DNA of 64,000 nucleotides from Proteobacteria bacterium UBA981 (GTDB lineage Bacteria > Pseudomonadota > Gammaproteobacteria > Ga0077536), in contig DBBP01000021.1 in the NCBI GenBank assembly GCA_002292285.1, positions 12,328 through 76,327 on the forward strand, in the 5' to 3' direction. The notes beneath the pieces were generated by a model. That model saw only the letters and a list, made by a program, of their open reading frames with translations, was not told the DNA's origin and ran no database searches. Every line of letters starts with the position of its first letter. Positions within the stretch are counted from its first letter, which is position 1. Shown here one piece after another: positions 39,451 to 48,628 of this stretch. The translations under genes and the position numbers were made by a program.

Positions 39451-40224
39451 TCAGACAGCTGTTAAAAAACCATTGACGAGTTCGACGAACAATCCAGGGC
39501 GAAAGAACGGCGAACCATGACCCGTCATTTCCATGATCTGGCACTCGCAACCGGGAATTGATGCAGCGATTCGTTGTGCTTGTTCCAGGTTCATATCCTG
39601 GCGACCACATGCGATCAGTACGGGTATGGGAAGACCGCCGAGCATCTGTGAAGTGTCTGGTTCACATTCGTGGGCGGTATGCGCTTTTAACGCTGCATCC
39701 CGGTTTTCATAGAAGCGCCACGATTTGCGTGGCGCCACTGCCCGCTCACCCGCGAGTTCCAGCAGCTTCCGAGCCTCTGCACCGAGTGCCCGCTGACCCG
39801 TCTGCGCCACCGGAGGAGTAAGGGCAACATCGAATAGTCCGAGTGCCGTCAGCCGGTCCGGGTGACGGAGTGCGAACTGCGCAGCGGTTCGTGCGCCGTA
39901 AGCAACCCCGAGCACGAAGGCCTTGCTGATATCGAGCGCTTGCATGATGCCTGCCAGATCATCGGCATAGTGGGAAAACGTAAATTCGTCATCCGAGCCC
40001 CAACCACTTTTCCCTGTGCCGCGAATATCGAACCGCAACACGTGAAATTTCTCGAGCAGACCGTCCAACACCACTTCCCAGCAGGTCAGGTTGTTGCTCG
40101 CCATGTTGATCAGCGCCAGTACAGGTCGGTCTGGATTGCCGTCCAGAGCGTAGTGGAAGTCGATGCCGTTGACGGTGATGAACTGGTTGCTGAGTTCGTA
40201 GGGTTCGGCCATTTTGATACTCAT
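39451..40224 (-). CDS. Alpha/beta-hydrolase-fold protein (PcaD-like) lacking the nucleophile Ser
   Basis: FDIRGTGKS, elbow reads GVAYG, GRQD, TGHGSP; start uncertain. Confidence 0.72.
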   Translation of the reverse strand: MSIKMAEPYELSNQFITVNGIDFHYALDGNPDRPVLALINMASNNLTCWEVVLDGLLEKFHVLRFDIRGTGKSGWGSDDEFTFSHYADDLAGIMQALDISKAFVLGVAYGARTAAQFALRHPDRLTALGLFDVALTPPVAQTGQRALGAEARKLLELAGERAVAPRKSWRFYENRDAALKAHTAHECEPDTSQMLGGLPIPVLIACGRQDMNLEQAQRIAASIPGCECQIMEMTGHGSPFFRPGLFVELVNGFLTAV

Positions 40225-40444
40225 TCTGGCGACATGGCGCTGCTTGTTGAGGGCTTCGGAAACAGACATTCGCGCTGCTGGCCGGAAAGGCAGGTATGCG
40301 CCCGGAAGCGCCAGATAGCGATTACTGATCAAATCACGTCTTGCCAAGGTTACTGGTAATGTACCGTATGCCCAAATTTTACTGTCTCTAAAGAGGCGAG
40401 AGACGAAAGAGAAATTCCGGTACGTGATTGAGGAGAGAAAACCG

Positions 40445-40912
40445 ATGCCACTGGAAGACAGACTCGCGTTGCTGGAAAACGTACGAGAGATCGAGCAGCT
40501 GAAGTATCGTTATGCCAGCTGCTGCGACGGCGGCTATGATCTCGATGGATTCAGAACCATCTTCATTCCCGACGGCACGTGGGCTGCCAATGGTTACGGC
40601 GCGTTTCACGGCCACGGGGAGATTTGTGATTTCTTCGACGAACTGTCGCGGTCGGTGGTCAACGTGTTGCACTACGTGACCTCGCCCCAAGTCACGATCG
40701 CGGCGGATGGACGGACAGCAACTGGGACATTCTATCTGCACTGCTTGTCGCGCGTTCGTCGCAAACAGGATCGAGCGTTGATTGATTTCGTTGTCCAGAT
40801 GGGCGTCTACACTGACACGTTTGTCAAGACGGAGGCCGGCTGGCGCTTCGCATCGATCAACGTGAATGTCACGCACACGGACCTGCTCGCTACGCAGCCG
40901 GAGACCACCTGA
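40445..40912 (+). CDS. SnoaL_4/NTF2-like (LinA/BaiE/scytalone dehydratase-like) protein
   Basis: EIEQLKYRYASCCD, VLHYVTSP, GVYTDTFVK...GWRF. Confidence 0.78.
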   Translation: MPLEDRLALLENVREIEQLKYRYASCCDGGYDLDGFRTIFIPDGTWAANGYGAFHGHGEICDFFDELSRSVVNVLHYVTSPQVTIAADGRTATGTFYLHCLSRVRRKQDRALIDFVVQMGVYTDTFVKTEAGWRFASINVNVTHTDLLATQPETT

Positions 40913-40948
40913 GAGCGGACGCTTGCAAGTCGATTGGGAACTTAACTG

Positions 40949-41419
40949 TCATTCGATCTTCCATTCCCCTACTTCCAGGGTATCTACGTGAGCGCGAAAT
41001 AGATCGGAGAATCCGCTTTGCCGCAGCTCCCATACTTGTTGGAACGCTCTTGTAGATAAAACATCAGCAAATACCTTGGACATCGTGTCCCACATATCAT
41101 CCTCAAAACGACCGTCTCGGTTCTGGTAAAACGCTTCTTCCCAAACGCGGAATACCGGTATGAGCAGAGAAATAATCTGTATTCGTTGCGGCTCGTCCAA
41201 GCTCTCGAAATCGTGGTTGGCTTTCGTGAGTAATTGTGCGTTTTCAGCACTCTGAAATGCTACGCCGGTGTTGCGGTAGGCTTCCAAAATCTCATGAGTC
41301 GCCGCTAAACGAGATTCACGGTTTTGGGTTCGCACCTGCGCGGCCAGGTACAACAGCGAAACTACGACTGCGATCGCACCTAAGACCTCTCCGAGGGCAC
41401 CGAGTGCATCCCAGTTCAT
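40949..41419 (-). CDS. Hypothetical membrane-anchored protein (MNWDALGA family)
   Basis: N-terminal helix MNWDALGALGEVLGAIAVVVSLLYLAAQVR, EEAFYQ, FSDLFRAHVD. Confidence 0.7.
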   Translation of the reverse strand: MNWDALGALGEVLGAIAVVVSLLYLAAQVRTQNRESRLAATHEILEAYRNTGVAFQSAENAQLLTKANHDFESLDEPQRIQIISLLIPVFRVWEEAFYQNRDGRFEDDMWDTMSKVFADVLSTRAFQQVWELRQSGFSDLFRAHVDTLEVGEWKIE

Positions 41420-41602
41420 CTTCGATTCCTAGCTGGCTAATCCAACCGGCAGCGTATCCGAGAGTAGTGGTAGCGTAAACTTCCGCTCTTGGCCGTTCAC
41501 CGTCAGAGCTCGAAGAAAAACGAACGTCTGCTTTGGGGAAAGGGGCGACAGGACGAAAACCATGCTCTATGGATTGGCGAGCGTTTTACATCGAAAATTA
41601 TC

Positions 41603-41648
41603 CCTAAGGGGACAGATTTATTTAGTCAAATAAATCTGTCCCCTTAGG
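41603..41648. repeat. Palindrome with 21-bp arms (REPIN-like), second copy
   Basis: CCTAAGGGGACAGATTTATTT-AGTC-AAATAAATCTGTCCCCTTAGG. Confidence 0.9.
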
Positions 41649-41804
41649 AGGCACACCGGCCAATTCGTCGCACTGACGTCGCCAATGATGTCCGCCCGCA
41701 GCAAGAATCAAGCACCGCTACTGTGCCGGGACGGCAACGTTGGTTGTGCGTTAATCTAGCGGACGGCCTGCGACAAGCGAGGCGTAACACCAAGTTCAAT
41801 CGGC

Positions 41805-42590
41805 ATGGCGATCCGTGGAGCGGTTGCCCTAAACGAGGTTCTGTATGCAATGGGAGGCTTAGCGATACCAGACTGCGTGTCGAGGCAAACAATGATGTCA
41901 TGGCCGTTGCGGCGCGCTCGTCTGGTTAACAGCAGGTGCGTTGCTCAGGTGCTGCTCGGATGGCTCGCTACACTTGCTACGCTGACCGTTTGCGCCGCAG
42001 AAATGAGTGGTGCTGCGCACGTTATCGATGGCGACAGCTTGCGCATCGGTCAACAGGAGATGCGCTTACAGGGCATTGATGCTCCCGAGGGTCGACAGCA
42101 CTGTAAGGTTAAAGGTAGGGATTGGCTTTGCGGTCGAGCCGCCGCTGAAACGCTTGGTTTTCTGCTCACTAATACTGAAATTCGCTGCACGTGGTCGGAG
42201 ACAGATCGGTATCAGCGCGCGCTCGTCACCTGCTTTCGCGACGACACCAATATCAACGCAATGATGGTCGAGGTGGGGATGGCGCTCGCATATCGACGGC
42301 ATAGCCTCGCCTATATCGACCAGGAAGAGATTGCGCGCGCCGTCGAGCGCGGCATATGGGATTCGGAGTTCATCGCGCCGTGGGATTGGCGGCAGCAAGA
42401 TCGCGAAGAACAGGCCAAGCATGCCAACTGTCCGGTCAAGGGCAATGTGAATCGTCAGCAGCAAAAAATTTATCACGTGCGCGGCTGGCGCGATTACGCG
42501 CGGGTAAAAATGCGTAGCGACGAGGGCGACACTTGTTTTGAATCGGAAGGCGACGCCAGGGCAGCTGGGTTTCGTGCTGCTAAACAATAG
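41805..42590 (+). CDS. Exported thermonuclease (SNase-like, ExoI-like) protein; true start probably downstream
   Basis: VIDGDSL, RLQGIDAPE, DRYQR, GIW...PWDWR, CPVKGNVN..KIYH C-terminal domain. Confidence 0.85.
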   Translation: MAIRGAVALNEVLYAMGGLAIPDCVSRQTMMSWPLRRARLVNSRCVAQVLLGWLATLATLTVCAAEMSGAAHVIDGDSLRIGQQEMRLQGIDAPEGRQHCKVKGRDWLCGRAAAETLGFLLTNTEIRCTWSETDRYQRALVTCFRDDTNINAMMVEVGMALAYRRHSLAYIDQEEIARAVERGIWDSEFIAPWDWRQQDREEQAKHANCPVKGNVNRQQQKIYHVRGWRDYARVKMRSDEGDTCFESEGDARAAGFRAAKQ

Positions 42591-42613
42591 CGTGCGCGGC
42601 GCTGTGTGTACTG

Positions 42614-44017
42614 GTGAATGTTATGAGTGCTGATTTGTGTTTCCAGCCGGCAACTGCGTTGGCTACGCTCATGCGCAATCGCGAGCTGTCCCCAGTCGAA
42701 CTCATCGAGGCGCTACTGGTGCGTATCAGCGCGCTCAATCCCGCGCTCAATGCGTATGTCACGGTTGACACTGAACAAGTACTGGCCGATGCCAGGCGCA
42801 GTGAGCAGGCGCTGCTTGATGGCGACACGATGGGTCGACTACATGGTGTCCCATTTGCCGTTAAGGACTTGCTCTATACGAAAGATCTGCGCTGCACTGG
42901 CGGGTGCCGTGCGTTTGCAGAGTTTGTGCCCGAGCATGATGCACTGGCAGTCGCGCGACTGCGGGCGGCCGGTGGGATTTTGCTCGGCAAAACAAATACG
43001 CCGGAATTCGGTTTCAAAAGTACAACCGAAAACGACTTGTTCGGCACCACCAACAATCCCTGGAACGTAAATCTCACTGCCGGCGGCTCGAGCGGCGGTG
43101 CCGGTGCCGCAACCGCAGCGGGCATCGCCCCGTTGTCTTTGGGCACTGATGCCGGCGGCTCAATCCGAACGCCAGCCAGCTTTTGTGGCATCGTCGGCTT
43201 CAAGCCGACTTTTGGCCGGGTGCCGAACGGTCCAGGCTTCGGCGGCGGGGCGTCCATCGTCCATAGCGGACCGATGACGCGCACGGTTGCCGATAGCGCC
43301 TTAATGTTCGACGTGATGGCGGGTGTCGCAGAAAGCGATCGCCGCAGCGTGCCGGCAGGCGAATCGAATGCGGCGGCCAGCGACGGCCTGCGCGTCGCCT
43401 ACAGTGCCGATCTCGGTTACGCGGCAGTCGATGCACAAGTCAGTAGGTGCGTCGAATCAGCGCTGCAGCAGACGCAGTCGCTGGGGTGGGATATCGACAC
43501 TGCACCTCTTGCACTGGACGATCCTCAAGCGGTTTTTAACACCATCATCCGCGCCGAGAATTATGTCGCCAACCATGCACTTGTTGCACAGCACGGCGAC
43601 CAGATAGACGCCGACATGCGTGCGTTTACCGAAAACGGCGCGAACATCAGCGCGTTTGAATATCTCGCAGCGATGGCGGCGCGCGATAAGTTATGCATGC
43701 AACTCGCCGCTGTGTTTGAGCGCTTCGACTTACTCATTACGCCGACACTTGCAGTGCCACCATTCGCGCACGGCGAGCGGCCGGTAGAAGTCGCCGGCCG
43801 CGCCATCTCGGGCATGAGTTGGTTGTCGTTCACGTATCCGTTCAATCTGACCGGCAATCCCGCGCTGAGCATTCCGGCCGGTTGGACCGACGATAATCTG
43901 CCAATTGGTTTGCAGATCATTGGTCCACGCTTCAGCGATAATCTGGTGCTGCGCGCAGGCGCGGCGGTCGAGGCCGTGCTGGGATGGACAAAGCGACGTC
44001 CACCACTGGCCACTTAA
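42614..44017 (+). CDS. Amidase signature family enzyme
   Basis: GVPFAVKD, GKTNTPEFG, GGSSGG, GTDAGGSIRTPA. Confidence 0.93.
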   Translation: MNVMSADLCFQPATALATLMRNRELSPVELIEALLVRISALNPALNAYVTVDTEQVLADARRSEQALLDGDTMGRLHGVPFAVKDLLYTKDLRCTGGCRAFAEFVPEHDALAVARLRAAGGILLGKTNTPEFGFKSTTENDLFGTTNNPWNVNLTAGGSSGGAGAATAAGIAPLSLGTDAGGSIRTPASFCGIVGFKPTFGRVPNGPGFGGGASIVHSGPMTRTVADSALMFDVMAGVAESDRRSVPAGESNAAASDGLRVAYSADLGYAAVDAQVSRCVESALQQTQSLGWDIDTAPLALDDPQAVFNTIIRAENYVANHALVAQHGDQIDADMRAFTENGANISAFEYLAAMAARDKLCMQLAAVFERFDLLITPTLAVPPFAHGERPVEVAGRAISGMSWLSFTYPFNLTGNPALSIPAGWTDDNLPIGLQIIGPRFSDNLVLRAGAAVEAVLGWTKRRPPLAT

Positions 44018-44133
44018 GACCCGTACGATGCGAGTCCAGCAAGGCTTGGCGACACAGCGAATTAATTGACGTTTAGGCGCGGTACCGATCGCGGTGCCAG
44101 TACTTGGCTTAGACCCCACAACCGGAGTCAGTA

Positions 44134-45771
44134 ATGACAGCACATTTCGCGAAATTATGGGAAAACATGGTCGACATCGTGCCGCAGCGCATCGCCGTGG
44201 TGCAGGGCGACGAGCGTTATACGTGGCAGGAATACGAAGACCGGGCCGCGCGACTCGCCGGCGCATTTACCGAAGCGGGCCTCGGCCCGCACGCCAAAGT
44301 TGGCATGTATTTGTACAACTCTCCGGCGTACTGCGAGACCAACTTCGCTGCACTCAAGATGCGGGCCGTCCCCATCAACGTCAATTATCGATATCTCGAC
44401 GACGAGCTGCATTACCTGCTTGAAAACGCGGATGCGGAGGCAGTGGTGTTTCATCGGTCACTCGGCGAACGTATCGCACGCGTCGCACCGCGCCTGCCGA
44501 AACTGAAACTACTGATAGAAGTTGATGATATCGACGACGACGAAGGCGGCCCCGATCCGGTCCCCAATGCGTTCGCCTACGAAGACGTGCTGGCCCGCCA
44601 CAAACCGGCCGCGCGCGTGGAGCCGCAAGGGGATGAGGTTTACATGTTGTACACCGGCGGCACGACCGGCATGCCTAAAGGGGTCGTTTATCCGCTTGAT
44701 GAATTCACCCAGTTCTTCGTAGCCGGCTACCCGCCCATGATTGGCATGCCACCGATAGAGAACACCACAGAACTCCTCGCCAACATTCGCGCCCAGGCAG
44801 ATTCGGCTGGCGGGCTCGTCGCCATGTCCGGCCCACCGCTGATGCACGGTACGGGCTGCTGGCTCGGTCTGATGGCCCCGCACATGCTAGGCGGTGCTAC
44901 GGTACTACTTGAGAACCGCGGGCTCGATCCGGTTGAGTTGTGGGACGCCGTTGCACGCGAACGCGTGCAGCAATTGATTATCGTCGGCGACGCCTTTGCT
45001 CGCCCGCTGCTGCGCGAGCTTGAACAGGCTCCACAGCGCTGGGACCTGAGTTGCCTGAAGTTGATGATCTCATCGGGCGCGATGTTTTCCACTGAGGTCA
45101 AACAGGCGCTGTTCGAACATCTACCTGATCTGACCATCGCCGATCTGCTCGGCTCTACGGAAGGCGGGATGGGCCAGGCTATCAGCCGGCGCGACTCACC
45201 CAACTCAACAACCGCTCGCTTTATGTTGTCGCCGACCACGAAAGTATTTAACGAGCAGGGCCGCGAAGTCACGCCGGGCTCCGGTGAAACCGGTCTGGTC
45301 GCGAGTGGTGGACTGGTGCCAAAGGCGTATTACAAAGATCCGGAGAAGAGCGCGCGCACATTCCGCGTTGTCGACGGCGTGCGCTATTCGTTTCCGGGCG
45401 ATATGGCGCGCGTGACCGCAGAGGGCGAACTCGAGTTGCTCGGACGCGGCTCCAATTGCATTAACACGGGCGGCGAGAAAGTATTCCCCGAAGAAGTCGA
45501 AGAAACCCTCAAGCGACATCCCGCAGTTGAAGACGCGCTGGTGTTTGGCCAACCGGATGAACGCTTCGGCAATCGCGTTGTGGGCGTGGTCTCCATCGCA
45601 CCGGGTCAGTCAGCCACAGCGACCGACATCATCACGGCAACCCAAGCGGTTCTCGCTGGCTACAAGGTCCCGCGTGAACTCATGCTCCTCGCCGAAGTGC
45701 CTCGTGCCCCGAATGGCAAGGCAGATTACCCGGCTGCCAAGGCAAGCTTCGAGGCAGCGCAAGGGGACTGA
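44134..45771 (+). CDS. Acyl-CoA synthetase (FadD19-like)
   Basis: YTGGTTGMPKG, PINVNYRY, GSTEG, CINTGGEKVFPEEVE, PNGKADY. Confidence 0.92.
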   Translation: MTAHFAKLWENMVDIVPQRIAVVQGDERYTWQEYEDRAARLAGAFTEAGLGPHAKVGMYLYNSPAYCETNFAALKMRAVPINVNYRYLDDELHYLLENADAEAVVFHRSLGERIARVAPRLPKLKLLIEVDDIDDDEGGPDPVPNAFAYEDVLARHKPAARVEPQGDEVYMLYTGGTTGMPKGVVYPLDEFTQFFVAGYPPMIGMPPIENTTELLANIRAQADSAGGLVAMSGPPLMHGTGCWLGLMAPHMLGGATVLLENRGLDPVELWDAVARERVQQLIIVGDAFARPLLRELEQAPQRWDLSCLKLMISSGAMFSTEVKQALFEHLPDLTIADLLGSTEGGMGQAISRRDSPNSTTARFMLSPTTKVFNEQGREVTPGSGETGLVASGGLVPKAYYKDPEKSARTFRVVDGVRYSFPGDMARVTAEGELELLGRGSNCINTGGEKVFPEEVEETLKRHPAVEDALVFGQPDERFGNRVVGVVSIAPGQSATATDIITATQAVLAGYKVPRELMLLAEVPRAPNGKADYPAAKASFEAAQGD

Positions 45772-45935
45772 CTACCGCGCCTGGTGAAGTCGCGTTGCCG
45801 GATGGAAAACGTGCGCCGGGGCGCAGACGATCTCGGCCCATTCACGTTTCGCCTGCACGTCATCCTCAGCTTGCTGGTGCCGAAGCAAAGTGCGATGGTT
45901 ACGACACTATTTGAGCCAATTTAGGGGGCGTTAAC

Positions 45936-46337
45936 ATGAGTGCAGCAGACAGCAAGAAGATCGTCTTGGAATTTATCAAGGCCTTGTCAAATGGTGATGT
46001 TGATGGGGTGACAGGCGCGATGACAGAAGACATCACGTGGTGGTTACCCGGTTCGTTGCCAGTCTCGGGGACGTATACCGGCAAGAAAGAGATTCTCGAA
46101 GATTTTTTCGGCACCGCCTTCCCCTTCTTCGAACCGGATACCCTGAACATCACGGTACAACGCGCGGTCGCGGAAGAAGATTCAGTCGCGGTGGAATGGC
46201 AAGTCAGTGCCCGCACCGCCAAGGGCATGGCTTACGACAACTACTATCACGTGAGCTTCGATCTACGCGACGGCAAAATTTGCGCCATACGCGAGTATCT
46301 CGATTCCCTGTACGCGAAAGAAGTACTGTTTGCTTAA
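45936..46337 (+). CDS. SnoaL/NTF2-like protein
   Basis: TWWLPG, AEEDSVAVEW, YDNYY, IREYLDS. Confidence 0.85.
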   Translation: MSAADSKKIVLEFIKALSNGDVDGVTGAMTEDITWWLPGSLPVSGTYTGKKEILEDFFGTAFPFFEPDTLNITVQRAVAEEDSVAVEWQVSARTAKGMAYDNYYHVSFDLRDGKICAIREYLDSLYAKEVLFA

Positions 46338-46372
46338 GCCGCAACATGTGCGTTCGCTAGCCGCTGAACGGC

Positions 46373-46549
46373 GTGGCGATTAACGTCATCCTGCACCATT
46401 ACGAATTGTCTCCGTTCGCGGAGAAAATTCGTCGTGTGCTGGCGTTCAAAGCCGTGCCCTGCCGCTCGGTGATCGCACCGATTCAATTGCCCAAAGACGA
46501 TTTGACGGCCTTGACCGATGCCTACCGGCGCACGCCGGCTATCGGGTGA
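46373..46549 (+). pseudogene. Glutathione S-transferase N-terminal fragment
   Basis: Translates to VAINVILHHYELSPFAEKIRRVLAFKAVPCRSVIAPIQLPKDDLTALTDAYRRTPAIG then stop; below the ORF track length cut-off. Confidence 0.75.
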
Positions 46550-46624
46550 CTCGCGCCGCCACTATCGCGGCATAGTCGCGTTCCTCCAGCCCGGCCGGCG
46601 GGGGGAGCGACAAATCGAATCGAT

Positions 46625-47155
46625 CTAGCTGCCGCCCGCGTAGCTTCTCACCCGACGCCGATGCCCTAGCAGGCGACTCAGCGGTGATAGCAACGCCACC
46701 ACCAGGCGAACTTTCCCGTCAGCGGGACAAATGGTGTCCTTGAATTCCGAGAAAATCGCCGCGCGCATAAATATCGACGGCATGCCGTGCTCATCCGTGT
46801 GGCCGTCTCGAGCCAAACCAAACAGGGTGCGAAAAAAATCGTGATTGCGTCCGGCCGGTCGGTAAGTCTCGACCGCAATAGCTTCCTCGTCGCGCGGATT
46901 CCACTGAAAGTGCAACGCGCTGGGTGGCGCGGCTGCAGATTCACCCGCCTTAATCACAACCGGTTCGCCATTCACAGTGATATGCATTTCGCCCGACGTC
47001 ACCGCAATTTCCTGCTCAACCCCCGGATGAAAGTGCTCAAGCGGGATCTCGCCGTGTGCCTTCAGGGCATATTCGATGACAAACTTCTCGGGTGTCGATT
47101 CAAGCACCTTCATGGTCTCGCCAGTGACCGGATTAACCAGAACTTCTTCGCTCAT
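46625..47155 (-). CDS. Cupin domain protein
   Basis: NPVTGE, PLEHFHP..EQ, HFQWNP. Confidence 0.8.
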   Translation of the reverse strand: MSEEVLVNPVTGETMKVLESTPEKFVIEYALKAHGEIPLEHFHPGVEQEIAVTSGEMHITVNGEPVVIKAGESAAAPPSALHFQWNPRDEEAIAVETYRPAGRNHDFFRTLFGLARDGHTDEHGMPSIFMRAAIFSEFKDTICPADGKVRLVVALLSPLSRLLGHRRRVRSYAGGS

Positions 47156-47268
47156 CGTGTTACTTCCTTTGTACTGCGGCCACGCACACGACGCGGGCGG
47201 ATGTTGTTGTTGCAGGCCCATCTGTCGGCGACTGTCGATGACAGGTGGGGATACGCGATCCGATCCTG

Positions 47269-48561
47269 CTAGCGCGTAGCAGCGTGCGCGAACGCTCGTT
47301 CGAGATCGGCAATTAAATCGTCGGCGTCTTCGATGCCAATCGAAACCCGAATCAGACCTTCCGTCACCCCCGCCGCATCGCGCAACTCTGCCGCCACCCC
47401 CGAATGTGTCGTAGAGGCCGGGTGGCAGACCAACGATTCTGTGCCGCCGAGACTGACTGCCAATTTGAACAAACGCAGTGCGTTCAGAATCGCGAACGCT
47501 TGCGCTCGACCGCCGTCGACAACGAAAGAAAACGTCGATCCGAAGCTGCTGCTGTAACGCGCGAATAAGGCTTTACTACCGGCATCGAGATCGTGTTCCG
47601 GGTGCAGTACCAGACAACCAACATGGGGGTTGCCCGCTAACCACGCGGCAATTTTTGACGCACTCGCGGCGGCGCGTTCCATGCGCAGGATTAGCGTTTC
47701 CATCGAGCGCGAAATCATCCAGGATGAGTGCGGATCGAGTTGCGTTCCGAGCACCGAGCGGGTTTTGCGAACGCGCGTGATCAACGAGGCCTCGCCGGTA
47801 ATCCCACCCGCGACGAGATCACTATGCCCGCCAACATATTTAGTCAGCGAGTAAACGCACAAATCGATGCCGTGCAAAACGGGCTTGAGAAAAATTGGGC
47901 CGAGCAAGGTGTTGTCGCACACCGTGACCGGACGCTCTGCGGGGTTTGCATAACGCTCGGTCAATCCCGTAGCGATGAGATCAAAATCAACCATCGCGTT
48001 GGTCGGGTTCGCGGGCGTCTCGATATAGATCATCGCTGGGTTGCCGAGCGCCACAGCCTTATCCAGAGTTGCCGCGAGGTTCTCACGAGTCAGTGGTATG
48101 GGTAGGGTGACGGTCTGCAGGCCCCACTCGGCGAGGATTCCGTGCAGCAAGTTCTCCGTGCCACCGTAGAGCGGATCCGACTGAATAATGACATCGCCGG
48201 GTTTTAGTAAGGCCAGCAGAGTCGTGGAGATGGCGGCCATTCCAGACGCGGTGACCGCAGCAGCCGCGCTGCCATCGAGGAGTGCCAGACGGTCTTCGAC
48301 AATTTCCAAATTAGGGTGATTAAAACGCGAGTAGATTAAACCCGGCTTTTCATCGCCTTGCGCCTGGCGACGTCCCGCATTCAGATCAAAGTGCGCTGCC
48401 CCAGCTTCGGCAGAGGGGAACGCGAACGTTGAGGTCAGGAAAACCGGCGGTTTAACCGCGCCCTCTGACATTGCCGGGTCGTAGCCATAAGAGACCATTT
48501 GCGTCGCGGGTTTTAATACCCGCTTACCGATGGTCGTTTTACGATAACCCTCGTCACTCAT
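47269..48561 (-). CDS. Cystathionine gamma-synthase/methionine gamma-lyase family PLP enzyme
   Basis: YSRFNHPN, SGMAAI, ETPANPT, SLTKYVGGHSD (PLP Lys), AVSLGGTESL. Confidence 0.9.
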   Translation of the reverse strand: MSDEGYRKTTIGKRVLKPATQMVSYGYDPAMSEGAVKPPVFLTSTFAFPSAEAGAAHFDLNAGRRQAQGDEKPGLIYSRFNHPNLEIVEDRLALLDGSAAAAVTASGMAAISTTLLALLKPGDVIIQSDPLYGGTENLLHGILAEWGLQTVTLPIPLTRENLAATLDKAVALGNPAMIYIETPANPTNAMVDFDLIATGLTERYANPAERPVTVCDNTLLGPIFLKPVLHGIDLCVYSLTKYVGGHSDLVAGGITGEASLITRVRKTRSVLGTQLDPHSSWMISRSMETLILRMERAAASASKIAAWLAGNPHVGCLVLHPEHDLDAGSKALFARYSSSFGSTFSFVVDGGRAQAFAILNALRLFKLAVSLGGTESLVCHPASTTHSGVAAELRDAAGVTEGLIRVSIGIEDADDLIADLERAFAHAATR

Positions 48562-48628
48562 TGCGTTGTCCTTTGGGGCGCAGACAATATGTTGCACACC
48601 GTGCTCATTGCGACCGTGCGCTCTCGCA

